A stretch of 24,000 nt of DNA, from assembly GCA_964458165.1 (NCBI GenBank), contig CAYWFI010000004.1, positions 1 to 24,000 of the forward strand, given 5' to 3'. Source of the DNA: an uncultured Candidatus Saccharibacteria bacterium (GTDB taxonomy: Bacteria > Patescibacteriota > Saccharimonadia > Saccharimonadales > JACDBH01). Shown here in pieces: positions 1-7,675 of the stretch; positions within the stretch are counted from its first letter, which is position 1, and each line of letters opens with the position of its first letter. Below the pieces are notes generated by a model. The model was given only the letters and a program-made list of their open reading frames with translations. It searched no databases and was not told the DNA's origin. The position numbers were made by a program, and so were the translations under genes.

Positions 1-55
1 ACTGTAAATCTGTTGGCATTCGCCTTCGTAGGTTCGAATCCTACACCCTGCACCA
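1..55 (+). tRNA. tRNA-Tyr (anticodon GTA), 3' portion; the 5' part lies outside the window
   Basis: Anticodon loop CTGTAAA at 2-8. Long type II variable arm (ggc-attc-gcc), as in bacterial tRNA-Tyr. T arm gtagg-ttcgaat-cctac. Acceptor 3' strand accctgc, discriminator A, encoded CCA ending at 55. Confidence 0.85.
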
Positions 56-95
56 TCCTTTGTTGCTCTCTTTCAGAGAGCTATGAGGGACAGGC

Positions 96-170
<75 letters not shown>

Positions 171-193
171 AGTAGACAGTCATTAGACGATAA

Positions 194-222
194 CCGTCTC
201 ACATCACAGTGAGACGGTTTTT
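194..222 (+). terminator. Rho-independent terminator after the tRNA pair
   Basis: Perfect 9-bp stem ccgtctcac/gtgagacgg with a 6-nt loop, followed directly by TTTTT (218-222). Confidence 0.85.
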
Positions 223-266
223 ATGAAATGCTTTTGTTTTTGTAACTTACGTGCTATACCAAGAGT

Positions 267-494
267 ATGCAAATGCGTATATCGCATGAAGACGAGAGTC
301 TGATACTCGCTCAAGTTGAGACTGGAGAAGCCGCCACCCAGCAACCTGAACTGCCTCAAGTAGCCCAAGAAACGCCTATAGATGGTGGTATTTTGACAAT
401 GTTAAGTGTTTGCGGGGCACTCGCAATAGTGGGCACACTTGGCCGCGGTGTGCGAAAAGACTGGAAAGCAGCAAAATCTCCTCGTCACAAATAG
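267..494 (+). CDS. Hypothetical small tail-anchored membrane protein (acidic N-terminus, C-terminal TM helix, basic tail)
   Basis: 75-aa ORF. The hydrophobic stretch GGILTMLSVCGALAIVGTLG is followed by RGVRKDWKAAK. An extended -10 (TGcTATACC, 252-260) sits 6 nt upstream of the ATG, which suggests a leaderless start. I recognise no homology. Confidence 0.4.
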   Translation: MQMRISHEDESLILAQVETGEAATQQPELPQVAQETPIDGGILTMLSVCGALAIVGTLGRGVRKDWKAAKSPRHK

Positions 495-507
495 CCTAGC
501 GCATCTA

Positions 508-536
508 TTGACATCAGCTAACAGATACGATATATT
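508..536 (+). promoter_or_regulatory. Sigma70-type promoter for rpmG
   Basis: TTGACA (508-513), 17-nt spacer, TATATT (531-536), about 27 nt upstream of the rpmG ATG. Confidence 0.5.
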
Positions 537-562
537 GTATTTTAAGAAAAGGTTATATTTTT

Positions 563-766
563 ATGGCAAAAAAAGGCGACAAGCGCAAAATAGTAGGTTT
601 GGTAAGCGAGACTTCCGGTCATCGTACTTATTACACGACCAAAAATACTATGAATACGCCTGACAAACTGCGCCTGCGCAAGTATGACCCGGTGGCTCGC
701 CAGCATGCCTGGTACGAGGAAACCAAGAAGAACCTCGGCCGCAACACCGTAAACCCTAAAAAATAG
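563..766 (+). CDS. rpmG: 50S ribosomal protein L33 (cysteine-less C-minus form with a C-terminal extension)
   Basis: The translation contains the L33 core YYTTKNTMNTPDKLRLRKYDPVARQHAWYEETK. The positions of the usual CxxC zinc ligands hold Ser or other residues. The ORF is 67 aa. Confidence 0.9.
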   Translation: MAKKGDKRKIVGLVSETSGHRTYYTTKNTMNTPDKLRLRKYDPVARQHAWYEETKKNLGRNTVNPKK

Positions 767-843
767 CCTAGAAATCAGGGCTGTTCTTATATTCGATACT
801 TGCCCTTAGTTGATGTACTTCGGAACCATTGTTCTAAAGTTAA

Positions 844-1065
844 TTATCTATCTTGGCAAAATAATTGATCTTGGTTTGGGCATACTTCATCTACTGAATC
901 ACAAAACATTATCAATCCCTTGCCCGATTCCATAACCGTTTGGTTATTTTTTTGGTAAAAAATAACCATAGCTTCAGCTGCTTTCCTGCAGTTACTAGCA
1001 GTTACGCAACCGGATGCAGATTCAAATGCATGTATCACATCAGTATTGGTCACAATTTCACTCAT
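844..1065 (-). CDS. Hypothetical small cysteine-rich protein
   Basis: 73-aa ORF with an AAGAGG Shine-Dalgarno 8 nt upstream of the ATG. It has 5 Cys and lies in a visibly AT-rich segment. I recognise no family. Confidence 0.45.
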   Translation of the reverse strand: MSEIVTNTDVIHAFESASGCVTASNCRKAAEAMVIFYQKNNQTVMESGKGLIMFCDSVDEVCPNQDQLFCQDR

Positions 1066-1165
1066 AATGTTAGCCTCTTTTATGTAACTATTTTGTCATA
1101 GTCAGATTCAAAAGCAAGCATGACCAAAACCAAAAGATATCGTTGTAATAATTACTGGTTCAGAA

Positions 1166-3097
1166 CTAAAGATTCGTTAAATCAAGCGCCGTATTGATGT
1201 ATTCGGCGTGACTCCAGACCAGCGGCGAGACTCCAACCTGGGCAGCGTTCTCTGGATCTACCTGCTCGCTTAATATACCGCTATGCAGCGTCTTATGAGC
1301 GGCCCAAGCCATAATATCGTTGGTTTTATCGGTCATATTGTGATCGTTATAATACTGAGCCAGCCAGAATGAACAGATAAACCAAGGATTACCAAGATAC
1401 TGTGATTTGGTGCGCATATACGAATCGCTCTCGTACCGCGGCGCACCGCCCGAAGGCGACTGGTCTAGCAGCACCTGTTCGATCAAACTAACGGTATCCC
1501 CTATTTGTCCTTTGACAGACTCGGGGCCGAACATCATCATGCCGTATAGGCTCGATACGTCCAGCGTGTTATCGTTTTGTATCGTGCCGTCAGGGTGCAG
1601 TAATATGCCCTTACGGAAGGCCTTTCGCTCCGGGTCGAACAGCTGCGGCATACCCGATTCGATACGCGCGGCAGCTTCGTTCCAGGCAACAGCATCATCA
1701 GGATAGTTAAACAGTTCGGCCAGGCCAGCAGCCACTTTCAGTGACGCATAGGTCACGGCCACGGTATACGTACTGGTCAAGAATTTTTCTTCCCATAGAT
1801 CGTAACTGGCGTGTGGCAGGTTGGTCGCGTCGTCTATGAATGACTTCATAAAATGAGCCGACGGTCGCACCAGCGTGCCGTACAGCAATTCTACAAATTG
1901 CTTATCACCGCTTATCTTGAGATATTCGCCCAGCATGATCAGCACGATGGCTGTTTCGTCCTCCTGGATGGCCAGCTCCTGCCTCTGGCCATGCACCAAT
2001 GGATGCCAGGTGCTGCCGATGGCCCGGTCTGGCTGGTATTTGTGCATCATATAGCCATCTTCGTGAATAATATCGCGGCAGAACTCAAAAAAATTGCGAG
2101 CTTCTTCGGTGTGGCCAAGCCTGATTAACGGCCAAATGGCATAGGCGCCGTCACGCGGCCAGCAATAACAGTAGTAATCCCGGCCGTAATTGAAAATACT
2201 TGAATCCCCCGAAGCCAAAATACCGCCACGCTTATCGGTGTGGGCTTTGATAATCAGCATCGATTTTTTTACCAACGCCTGGTAACGCTCGTCGATCTGC
2301 TTGACTTTGGAATCGGAAATCGCCATCCACTCGCTCCACCAGCGGCGAGCGTCACGCAATCTGGCTACCAAGCCATGCTGCTTGAGCTGCTCGTGCAGTG
2401 CTTCGGCATCCTGCTGCGAGCTGGCGCCTACCACCCAATAATCCACCACCCGGGCTTGTGACGCGCCAAGGGCGATTTTGACCCTCAGCACCGAATCAAC
2501 GCCGCCGTGCTCGACCGCGTTACCTGACAGCTCACCGTCTTCGGCATCCTTGAAAGTACCTTCTTTGCCTTCGATGCCGTAATTACCCACGGCGTACTGG
2601 TCAAATGGCGTACCGTCGCTGTTCTCGGCGTAAATCAGCAAGCTGCAGCGGCCTTTATAGTCCAGCAGATAGTTGCCGTCGGGCACAAACAGGGCAGTGT
2701 CAGCCCGACCCGCCCGGGAAATCTGGAACACCTGGTGCATAAACAACCTTACGTCACGCTTCTGCTCAAACCGATTAATAACCTTGATATGCCTGCAAAA
2801 AGCGTTAATTGTCGGATCGACGAAATCCTGGAACTGCAAATCCAGTCCTAGCTCTCTGTTCTTCATCGTTATGGTGCTGATCAGAGCCTCTGGCTCAAAA
2901 TCTACATTCAGTTCCCAGTTGCCGTCATTGGTCCAGCTGAATTTACCATCTACCCAGACACCAATCTTGTGCCGTTCGCTGCGAGTGGTAGTCAGATTTT
3001 CCAGTCCCACGTACGGATAGTAAAAGTCATGTACCAGACCGTCTTTGTTCAGGCCGACGAACATTGACCCATTACTAAGTACGACTGGCCGTCCCAT
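1166..3097 (-). CDS. Glycoside hydrolase family 15 (glucoamylase/glucodextranase-like)
   Basis: 643 aa with GH15 hallmarks: NYGRDYYCYCWPRDGAYAIWPL, DLWEE, and LSEQVDPENAAQVGVSPLVWSHAEYI near the C-terminus. The start lies 1 nt after the GH57 stop. Confidence 0.9.
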   Translation of the reverse strand: MGRPVVLSNGSMFVGLNKDGLVHDFYYPYVGLENLTTTRSERHKIGVWVDGKFSWTNDGNWELNVDFEPEALISTITMKNRELGLDLQFQDFVDPTINAFCRHIKVINRFEQKRDVRLFMHQVFQISRAGRADTALFVPDGNYLLDYKGRCSLLIYAENSDGTPFDQYAVGNYGIEGKEGTFKDAEDGELSGNAVEHGGVDSVLRVKIALGASQARVVDYWVVGASSQQDAEALHEQLKQHGLVARLRDARRWWSEWMAISDSKVKQIDERYQALVKKSMLIIKAHTDKRGGILASGDSSIFNYGRDYYCYCWPRDGAYAIWPLIRLGHTEEARNFFEFCRDIIHEDGYMMHKYQPDRAIGSTWHPLVHGQRQELAIQEDETAIVLIMLGEYLKISGDKQFVELLYGTLVRPSAHFMKSFIDDATNLPHASYDLWEEKFLTSTYTVAVTYASLKVAAGLAELFNYPDDAVAWNEAAARIESGMPQLFDPERKAFRKGILLHPDGTIQNDNTLDVSSLYGMMMFGPESVKGQIGDTVSLIEQVLLDQSPSGGAPRYESDSYMRTKSQYLGNPWFICSFWLAQYYNDHNMTDKTNDIMAWAAHKTLHSGILSEQVDPENAAQVGVSPLVWSHAEYINTALDLTNL

Positions 3098-3098
3098 A

Positions 3099-4307
3099 TT
3101 AGACTTCTACGCCCTTCTCGATGAGACGATAGCGAACATCATGCCAAGCATTTATAAAGTTAATAAACGCTTCGTACGGTGATTCGTACGGGCTGAAATA
3201 GGCGTGCACGTCCCCGTCAGAGAACCACTTGGTGCACATATAATAAAAATGGTCCGATGTGGTCAAGCGGCGCCAATCGGCAATCAAGCCATCATCGCCG
3301 CTGTCCAGCACGGCTTTTTCAAGCCCATACAGAGCCTGAATAGCTTGCTGCTGCATCTTATTGCCTAACCACGCCGTGAGATCGCGTTCCGTGTCAGCCC
3401 AGGTGACTGTATGCGGCATATCGACCCGGTCAACCGGCTCAAACGCGTCTATGGCGCCGCTGACCGTCATAAAGGTGTGGCCCTCCGTCTTAAGCCACTC
3501 CTCTGGTAGATGGCGTAAAAACTCAAAAATACCCGTGTCTTCCCATTGGTGCTCGCCAAAAGTTTCATAATCCATGAACAGATTAAAATTGGTCGCGTCG
3601 CCGGACTCGCTCAGCCAATGCGAGAAAGTGCTGGCAGTCAGCGGCGTGTCAGAACGAGCCGTTTCGCTGAAACGGAAGGCAATGTCGTCGCTCAGACGAT
3701 AATTCTTTAGTAGCAGTCTAATGTTGTTGGTATAAGTAGGCTGGTATACAAAATTAGGACTGCGCCAGCCTAAAATCGGATCCCAACCTTCAGCCAAGAT
3801 GCCTTTGTAGCCGGCCTCATCAGCCCAATAGGCCAGATCATTGTTGTAAGCCAGCTCGGTGTTACGAAACACCTGCGGTGTCTGGCCGAACAGTTCCTGG
3901 ATTTTCCGCCGGTGCAAGTCAACCTGGTGTTCAAATTCGCTGCGCGAATAGAAAAACGCCAGGCTGTGATGATACGTCTCGGCTACGATTTCTACCCGGC
4001 CGGTTGCCGTTAGCGCCTTAAAGCTATCCAGCACCTCTGGCGCCCACATCTCGAGTTGCTCAATAACCGTCCCGGTAATCGACAGGCTGAGTTTGAAGTC
4101 AGGATGACGCTCCAGCAGCTCCAGCAGCAGCCGATTGGTAGGCAGGTACGACTTATCCGCCACTTTGCGGATAACACGTTCGTTCGATTCGCGCGCGTCG
4201 TACGCGGCGTCAAAGTAATTATGCTGATTCCCGGCATCAAAAATCGTGTAGTGCCGGATACGATACGGCTGGTGTACATGCAAATATAAGACGATTGCCT
4301 TACTCAT
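3099..4307 (-). CDS. Glycoside hydrolase family 57 protein (alpha-glucan-active)
   Basis: 402 aa with the conserved GH57 regions: LHVHQPYR, GTVIEQLE, FRNTELAYN (candidate nucleophile Glu) and FMDYETFGEHQW (candidate acid/base Asp). Its ATG overlaps the GT4 stop (ATGA). Confidence 0.85.
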   Translation of the reverse strand: MSKAIVLYLHVHQPYRIRHYTIFDAGNQHNYFDAAYDARESNERVIRKVADKSYLPTNRLLLELLERHPDFKLSLSITGTVIEQLEMWAPEVLDSFKALTATGRVEIVAETYHHSLAFFYSRSEFEHQVDLHRRKIQELFGQTPQVFRNTELAYNNDLAYWADEAGYKGILAEGWDPILGWRSPNFVYQPTYTNNIRLLLKNYRLSDDIAFRFSETARSDTPLTASTFSHWLSESGDATNFNLFMDYETFGEHQWEDTGIFEFLRHLPEEWLKTEGHTFMTVSGAIDAFEPVDRVDMPHTVTWADTERDLTAWLGNKMQQQAIQALYGLEKAVLDSGDDGLIADWRRLTTSDHFYYMCTKWFSDGDVHAYFSPYESPYEAFINFINAWHDVRYRLIEKGVEV

Positions 4308-5524
4308 GCCGCCGTCCCCGCCAACTCCCTGGCATGATGATCATACCAATTGATAAGCCGTTCGGCCGCCGGGTGCCAAGACAGCCGTTGGTACTCATGA
4401 TAGGCATTGGCGTGAAGTTCATCACGCAGACCGTCGTTCTGGACCACCGCGGTAATTTGATTGGCCATTTCATCAATATCCCAAAAATCGACCTTCAAGC
4501 AGTTATTAAACACTTCCGCCACACCCGACTGCCTGGATATGAGCGACGGCGTACCGTAGCCGGCTGCCTCGAGCGGCGTCAGGCCGAACGGTTCGGATAC
4601 GGAGGGCATTACAAACAAATCGCCGACGGCAAAGCTGTCACGCCAGTTTTTACCGCGCTGAAAACCGGTAAACACCACGTTTCTGCTGATGCCCAGCTCT
4701 GCGGCCAGCTCGATCAGCTCAAAATACTGCTCGCCCGATCCGACAATCAAAAATATTGTTTTTGGCGCTCTATCAATCACCGCCTTAGCGGCATAAAGCA
4801 GGTTGGGCAAACCCTTTTGTATGGTAATACGGCCGATATTAACCACCACCCGGTAACCTTGAGCTTTCATGGCCGCCAGATAATGATGGGCGCTGTGTTC
4901 GTCCAAAGGCTCTACCATATCGAGGTCCAGACTATTGTAAACAACATCTACCTTGTCCGCCGGTATGCCGTATTCGCGCACGATGGCATCCTTGGTGAAC
5001 TGACTAACGGCAATAACTCTGTCGGCCATCAATAAACCCGTTTCTTCGATTTCGCGCACCAGCGGATTGCCGCCGCCCTCAAACCCGGCCCGATCGGCCT
5101 CTATAGAGTGGACGTGGGCGATCAGCGGCTTGCCCGACAGTTGCTTGGCTTTCATTGCCGCCCGGAACGTCAGCCAATCATGAGCATGAATAACATCGTA
5201 ATCAAGCAGTAAGGCCAGCCGTCCGACAGTCGTCTCGTACAGAGACTGCTGGCCATGCATATCCAGCCAGTGTTCGCTGCCATCGGTGGCAATAAACTTG
5301 AAACTGTCGTACGCTATGCCGCTCTTAAAAAGCACTTTGGCGTCTTGCGGATGAGCGGCAATCACATTCATAAAATCAATATCAGGGTGATCGGCGGTAT
5401 AGGGAACTAGAAAATCAATATCCACGCCTTTTTCAGAGAGGGCTTTACAGAGCTGGTAGCAAGCCACACCAAGACCACCACTGTTGTGGGGCGGGAGTTC
5501 CCACCCTAACATCAATACTTTCAT
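4304..5524 (-). CDS. GT4-family glycosyltransferase, glycogen-synthase-like
   Basis: 406 aa. N-terminus MKVLMLGWELPPHNSGGLGVACYQL. EX7E motif SEPFGLTPLEAAGYG. It is the first gene of the GT4-GH57-GH15 string. Confidence 0.8.
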   Translation of the reverse strand: MKVLMLGWELPPHNSGGLGVACYQLCKALSEKGVDIDFLVPYTADHPDIDFMNVIAAHPQDAKVLFKSGIAYDSFKFIATDGSEHWLDMHGQQSLYETTVGRLALLLDYDVIHAHDWLTFRAAMKAKQLSGKPLIAHVHSIEADRAGFEGGGNPLVREIEETGLLMADRVIAVSQFTKDAIVREYGIPADKVDVVYNSLDLDMVEPLDEHSAHHYLAAMKAQGYRVVVNIGRITIQKGLPNLLYAAKAVIDRAPKTIFLIVGSGEQYFELIELAAELGISRNVVFTGFQRGKNWRDSFAVGDLFVMPSVSEPFGLTPLEAAGYGTPSLISRQSGVAEVFNNCLKVDFWDIDEMANQITAVVQNDGLRDELHANAYHEYQRLSWHPAAERLINWYDHHARELAGTAA

Positions 5525-5561
5525 TGCCCTCTGTTTTTAGGTACTTAGTTTGTTTAGCCTC

Positions 5562-5591
5562 ATTATACCGAGCGTAAGCGCTTTGTTACAA
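5562..5591 (-). promoter_or_regulatory. Candidate promoter of the GT4-GH57-GH15 operon
   Basis: On the minus strand: TTGTAA (5586-5591), 18-nt spacer, TATAAT (5562-5567), about 38 nt upstream of the GT4 ATG. Confidence 0.45.
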
Positions 5592-5634
5592 CCCCTTTAT
5601 TTATAGAAATAATCTGTAAAATCCTCGTCACCTA

Positions 5635-5663
5635 TTGACTTATATTGACAAGTGTGCTATAAT
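5635..5663 (+). promoter_or_regulatory. Near-consensus sigma70 promoter with no downstream plus-strand ORF; it points antisense into the polymerase gene 3' end
   Basis: TTGACT (5635-5640), 17-nt spacer, extended -10 TGcTATAAT (5655-5663). Confidence 0.5.
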
Positions 5664-5712
5664 GTACAATAAGAAGAGTTAGGGGTATCTGCATACAGTC
5701 ATTAACCCCCCT

Positions 5713-7029
5713 CTAAACATCGCGCACGCTGCCAAAAGCCACGCGGTCCAGAATTTCACCGCGCATGTCCATCATGGCGGCCGGGACTATAACGAACTCG
5801 CCGTAGCGGTTATTTATCTCGTCAACCGCATCCGACACGTGCCGTTCGGCGCCGAAGTTACGCTCATCACTCAGTAAACTCAACTGTTCCGGGTCAGCCG
5901 GGGCAAGGCCAAAGGTCGTGATGCTCATACCGCGTACTTTGTCGTAGATTTCGGCCCTTTGCAGCAGTGATTTGGCGGCGCGGTAAATGCTTTCGGTGCT
6001 ATAGAGGCGAAAGCCGACCTTTTCGCCGTGGTGCCAGGCGTTACGGCTATCCAGCCTCTCGCCGCCTATAAAACCGTTATCTCTCTTGGGCGCATCCTGA
6101 TAATTGACAAAGCTCAGGTACAGGTGGATACCGCCGGCGGTCAGACCAACCTTGCGCAGTCTACGGCCTACTTTTTCGCACAATTTCATCAGCAACCGCG
6201 CCAGTTCTTGTTTATCGGTGGTTTTGTGGGGCAGGGCGTACTGGTGGCCAATTTGGGTCCGTTTGGACTCGTATTTGTCAGTTTCGTAACCGCGCAGGCG
6301 CAAATACCAGTAGTAGCCGGTAATACCCCTGAAGACGACTTTTTCTAGCAGGCGTCGATCGGCGCGCAAAAAATCCAGCGGAGTCATGATGCCATATTGT
6401 CGCAGCCGCGCCTGGTAACGGATGTTGATACCGGGCAGATCAACCAGACTCATTCCGTCGTACGTTGCCTCCAGATTGGTATGGTCGATCCGCCGCATGC
6501 CGTCGGGCTTGTCAAACCCAGCCGCGAACTTGGCTAAGAACCTGTTGGGCGCGATGCCGATATTGACGGTTACGGCCTCGCCAATGTGCTCCCGTATCCG
6601 TTGTTTGATGTCCAGAGCGATAGCTTCTATTGCTATCCCAGCTCGAACTTTGGGCGACCCTTCCAGATGCAGCACGAACTCGTCGATACTTTTGGGCGAA
6701 ACATCATCGGTATATTCCAGCATCAGGTTCTTGAACCTGCGATGTGCCTCACGGTATTTGGCCGGGTCGGGTGTCATGATGATAATATCCGGACAGAGCT
6801 GACGGGCTTGGGCCACATTGACGCCCAAGCGGATCCCCTTGCGCTTGGCCTGGTAGCTGGCCGCCAGCACAAAGCCCCGCGGCGTGTCATAAGCCGCCAC
6901 GGCCACCGGCCGGTCGCGCAGCAATCGGTTAGCCTGCTGCTCGATAATGGCAAAGCAAGAGTTCAGGTCTATATGCATAACCCGCGGCTGCGAATGGCTA
7001 ATTGGTAAATTATTATCTTTCATGGTCAT
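5713..7029 (-). CDS. Y-family (translesion) DNA polymerase, DinB/UmuC type
   Basis: 438 aa. N-terminal MHIDLNSCFAIIEQ motif, RPVAVAA...GFVLAASYQAKRKGI, and the catalytic SIDEF (Asp-Glu) motif, which suggests an active enzyme. Confidence 0.9.
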   Translation of the reverse strand: MTMKDNNLPISHSQPRVMHIDLNSCFAIIEQQANRLLRDRPVAVAAYDTPRGFVLAASYQAKRKGIRLGVNVAQARQLCPDIIIMTPDPAKYREAHRRFKNLMLEYTDDVSPKSIDEFVLHLEGSPKVRAGIAIEAIALDIKQRIREHIGEAVTVNIGIAPNRFLAKFAAGFDKPDGMRRIDHTNLEATYDGMSLVDLPGINIRYQARLRQYGIMTPLDFLRADRRLLEKVVFRGITGYYWYLRLRGYETDKYESKRTQIGHQYALPHKTTDKQELARLLMKLCEKVGRRLRKVGLTAGGIHLYLSFVNYQDAPKRDNGFIGGERLDSRNAWHHGEKVGFRLYSTESIYRAAKSLLQRAEIYDKVRGMSITTFGLAPADPEQLSLLSDERNFGAERHVSDAVDEINNRYGEFVIVPAAMMDMRGEILDRVAFGSVRDV

Positions 7030-7031
7030 AA

Positions 7032-7505
7032 ATGTTATATAATTTCTACATGGCTAGAGAGCGAGGCTTTATGGTGCGCGGCGAATCACTGCAAGATCCT
7101 GATGTGGTGGAAACTGTTATGAAAGATTTAGGCGAACTGGCAGCAATACATAACTTGCAAGTGGATCCGGTAGGATTCCGGATTATTACAGAGGACGATA
7201 TATGGGAGCGTAACCCGGCAGGGCTCACCAGAGAAGACTTTAATCGTCTTGTTACTAGCCCCACGGATATCCCAATGAAAGGCACCATTACGCGGGCTTG
7301 GCGAGCCGCTCTGCGAGAAGCCCGTCGATACCAAAGAACAAACAAAACAGAGACAGGAGAGGATGCCATACCGGCTGAGTTTATCCAAAAGATTGTGGAT
7401 GATGCCAACAAATATGGTAAATATCCTATCAGCGCCGGCGAGGCATCACTGGCCATGATGCAGTCGGTACTTGATCACACGCGCCCCGCAGAACCGCGTA
7501 CCTGA
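7032..7505 (+). CDS. Hypothetical protein; the true start is probably ATG 7050 or 7071
   Basis: 157-aa ORF with globular-looking composition. TATAAT at 7038-7043 lies 6 nt before ATG 7050 (leaderless option). GAGG lies 5 nt before ATG 7071 (SD option). The opposite-strand ORF 7046..7456 has antisense-like Ser/Arg/Ala-rich composition. Confidence 0.55.
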   Translation: MLYNFYMARERGFMVRGESLQDPDVVETVMKDLGELAAIHNLQVDPVGFRIITEDDIWERNPAGLTREDFNRLVTSPTDIPMKGTITRAWRAALREARRYQRTNKTETGEDAIPAEFIQKIVDDANKYGKYPISAGEASLAMMQSVLDHTRPAEPRT

Positions 7506-7675
7506 ACAGAGGCTTGCGTGATTATTTCATTTAGATGCACGACCTTGCGCTTGTCCGGCTCGCGCTCATAGACAAGTCGTTGGGCGGCCAGTTCTAGACG
7601 CATGGCATGCAGTATCTGTCTGACTTCTTCGCGCTGGGCGTGCTTACGACGGTTTTTCATCCCGTTATAACCCAC
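7475..7675 (-). CDS. Hypothetical small basic helical protein; GTG start at 7675 or ATG at 7660
   Basis: 60-66 aa, Lys/Arg-rich N-terminus (MKNRRKHAQREEVRQILHAMRLELAAQR). It is the last ORF of the minus-strand string 8517 to 7475. Its 3' end overlaps the convergent ORF 7032..7505 by 31 nt. The start region lies inside a 16-bp inverted-repeat arm. Confidence 0.4.
   Translation of the reverse strand: MGYNGMKNRRKHAQREEVRQILHAMRLELAAQRLVYEREPDKRKVVHLNEIITQASVQVRGSAGRV

Noticed and set aside
439-663. A 74-aa plus-strand ORF overlaps the end of ORF 267..494 and the start of rpmG.
   Set aside because: It is out of frame with the clearly recognisable L33 coding sequence and runs across the rpmG promoter, so it is treated as spurious.
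4295-5035. A 246-aa plus-strand ORF lies antisense to the GT4 glycosyltransferase. Other plus-strand ORFs lie inside the GH15, GH57 and polymerase genes (for example 2673..3020 and 6586..7008).
   Set aside because: They lie entirely within genes whose opposite-strand products carry clear family motifs. Their translations are Arg/Gly/His-rich and antisense-like, with no recognisable motifs.
7033-7050. A possible LexA/SOS operator in front of the Y-family polymerase (TGTTATATAATTTCTACA, that is TGT-N12-ACA).
   Set aside because: The spacing does not match the E. coli-type CTGT-N8-ACAG box. No GAAC-N4-GTTC (Gram-positive/actinobacterial) box is present here or upstream of the YdjM-like gene (11271-11348) or of the paralog string. 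The AT-rich palindromy is better explained by overlapping -10 boxes.
7046-7456. A 136-aa minus-strand ORF competes with ORF 7032..7505.
   Set aside because: It has the Ser/Arg/Ala-rich composition typical of an antisense frame and no start signals. The plus-strand frame has balanced composition and plausible promoter or RBS options. Neither frame has recognisable homology, so this choice is only moderately secure.
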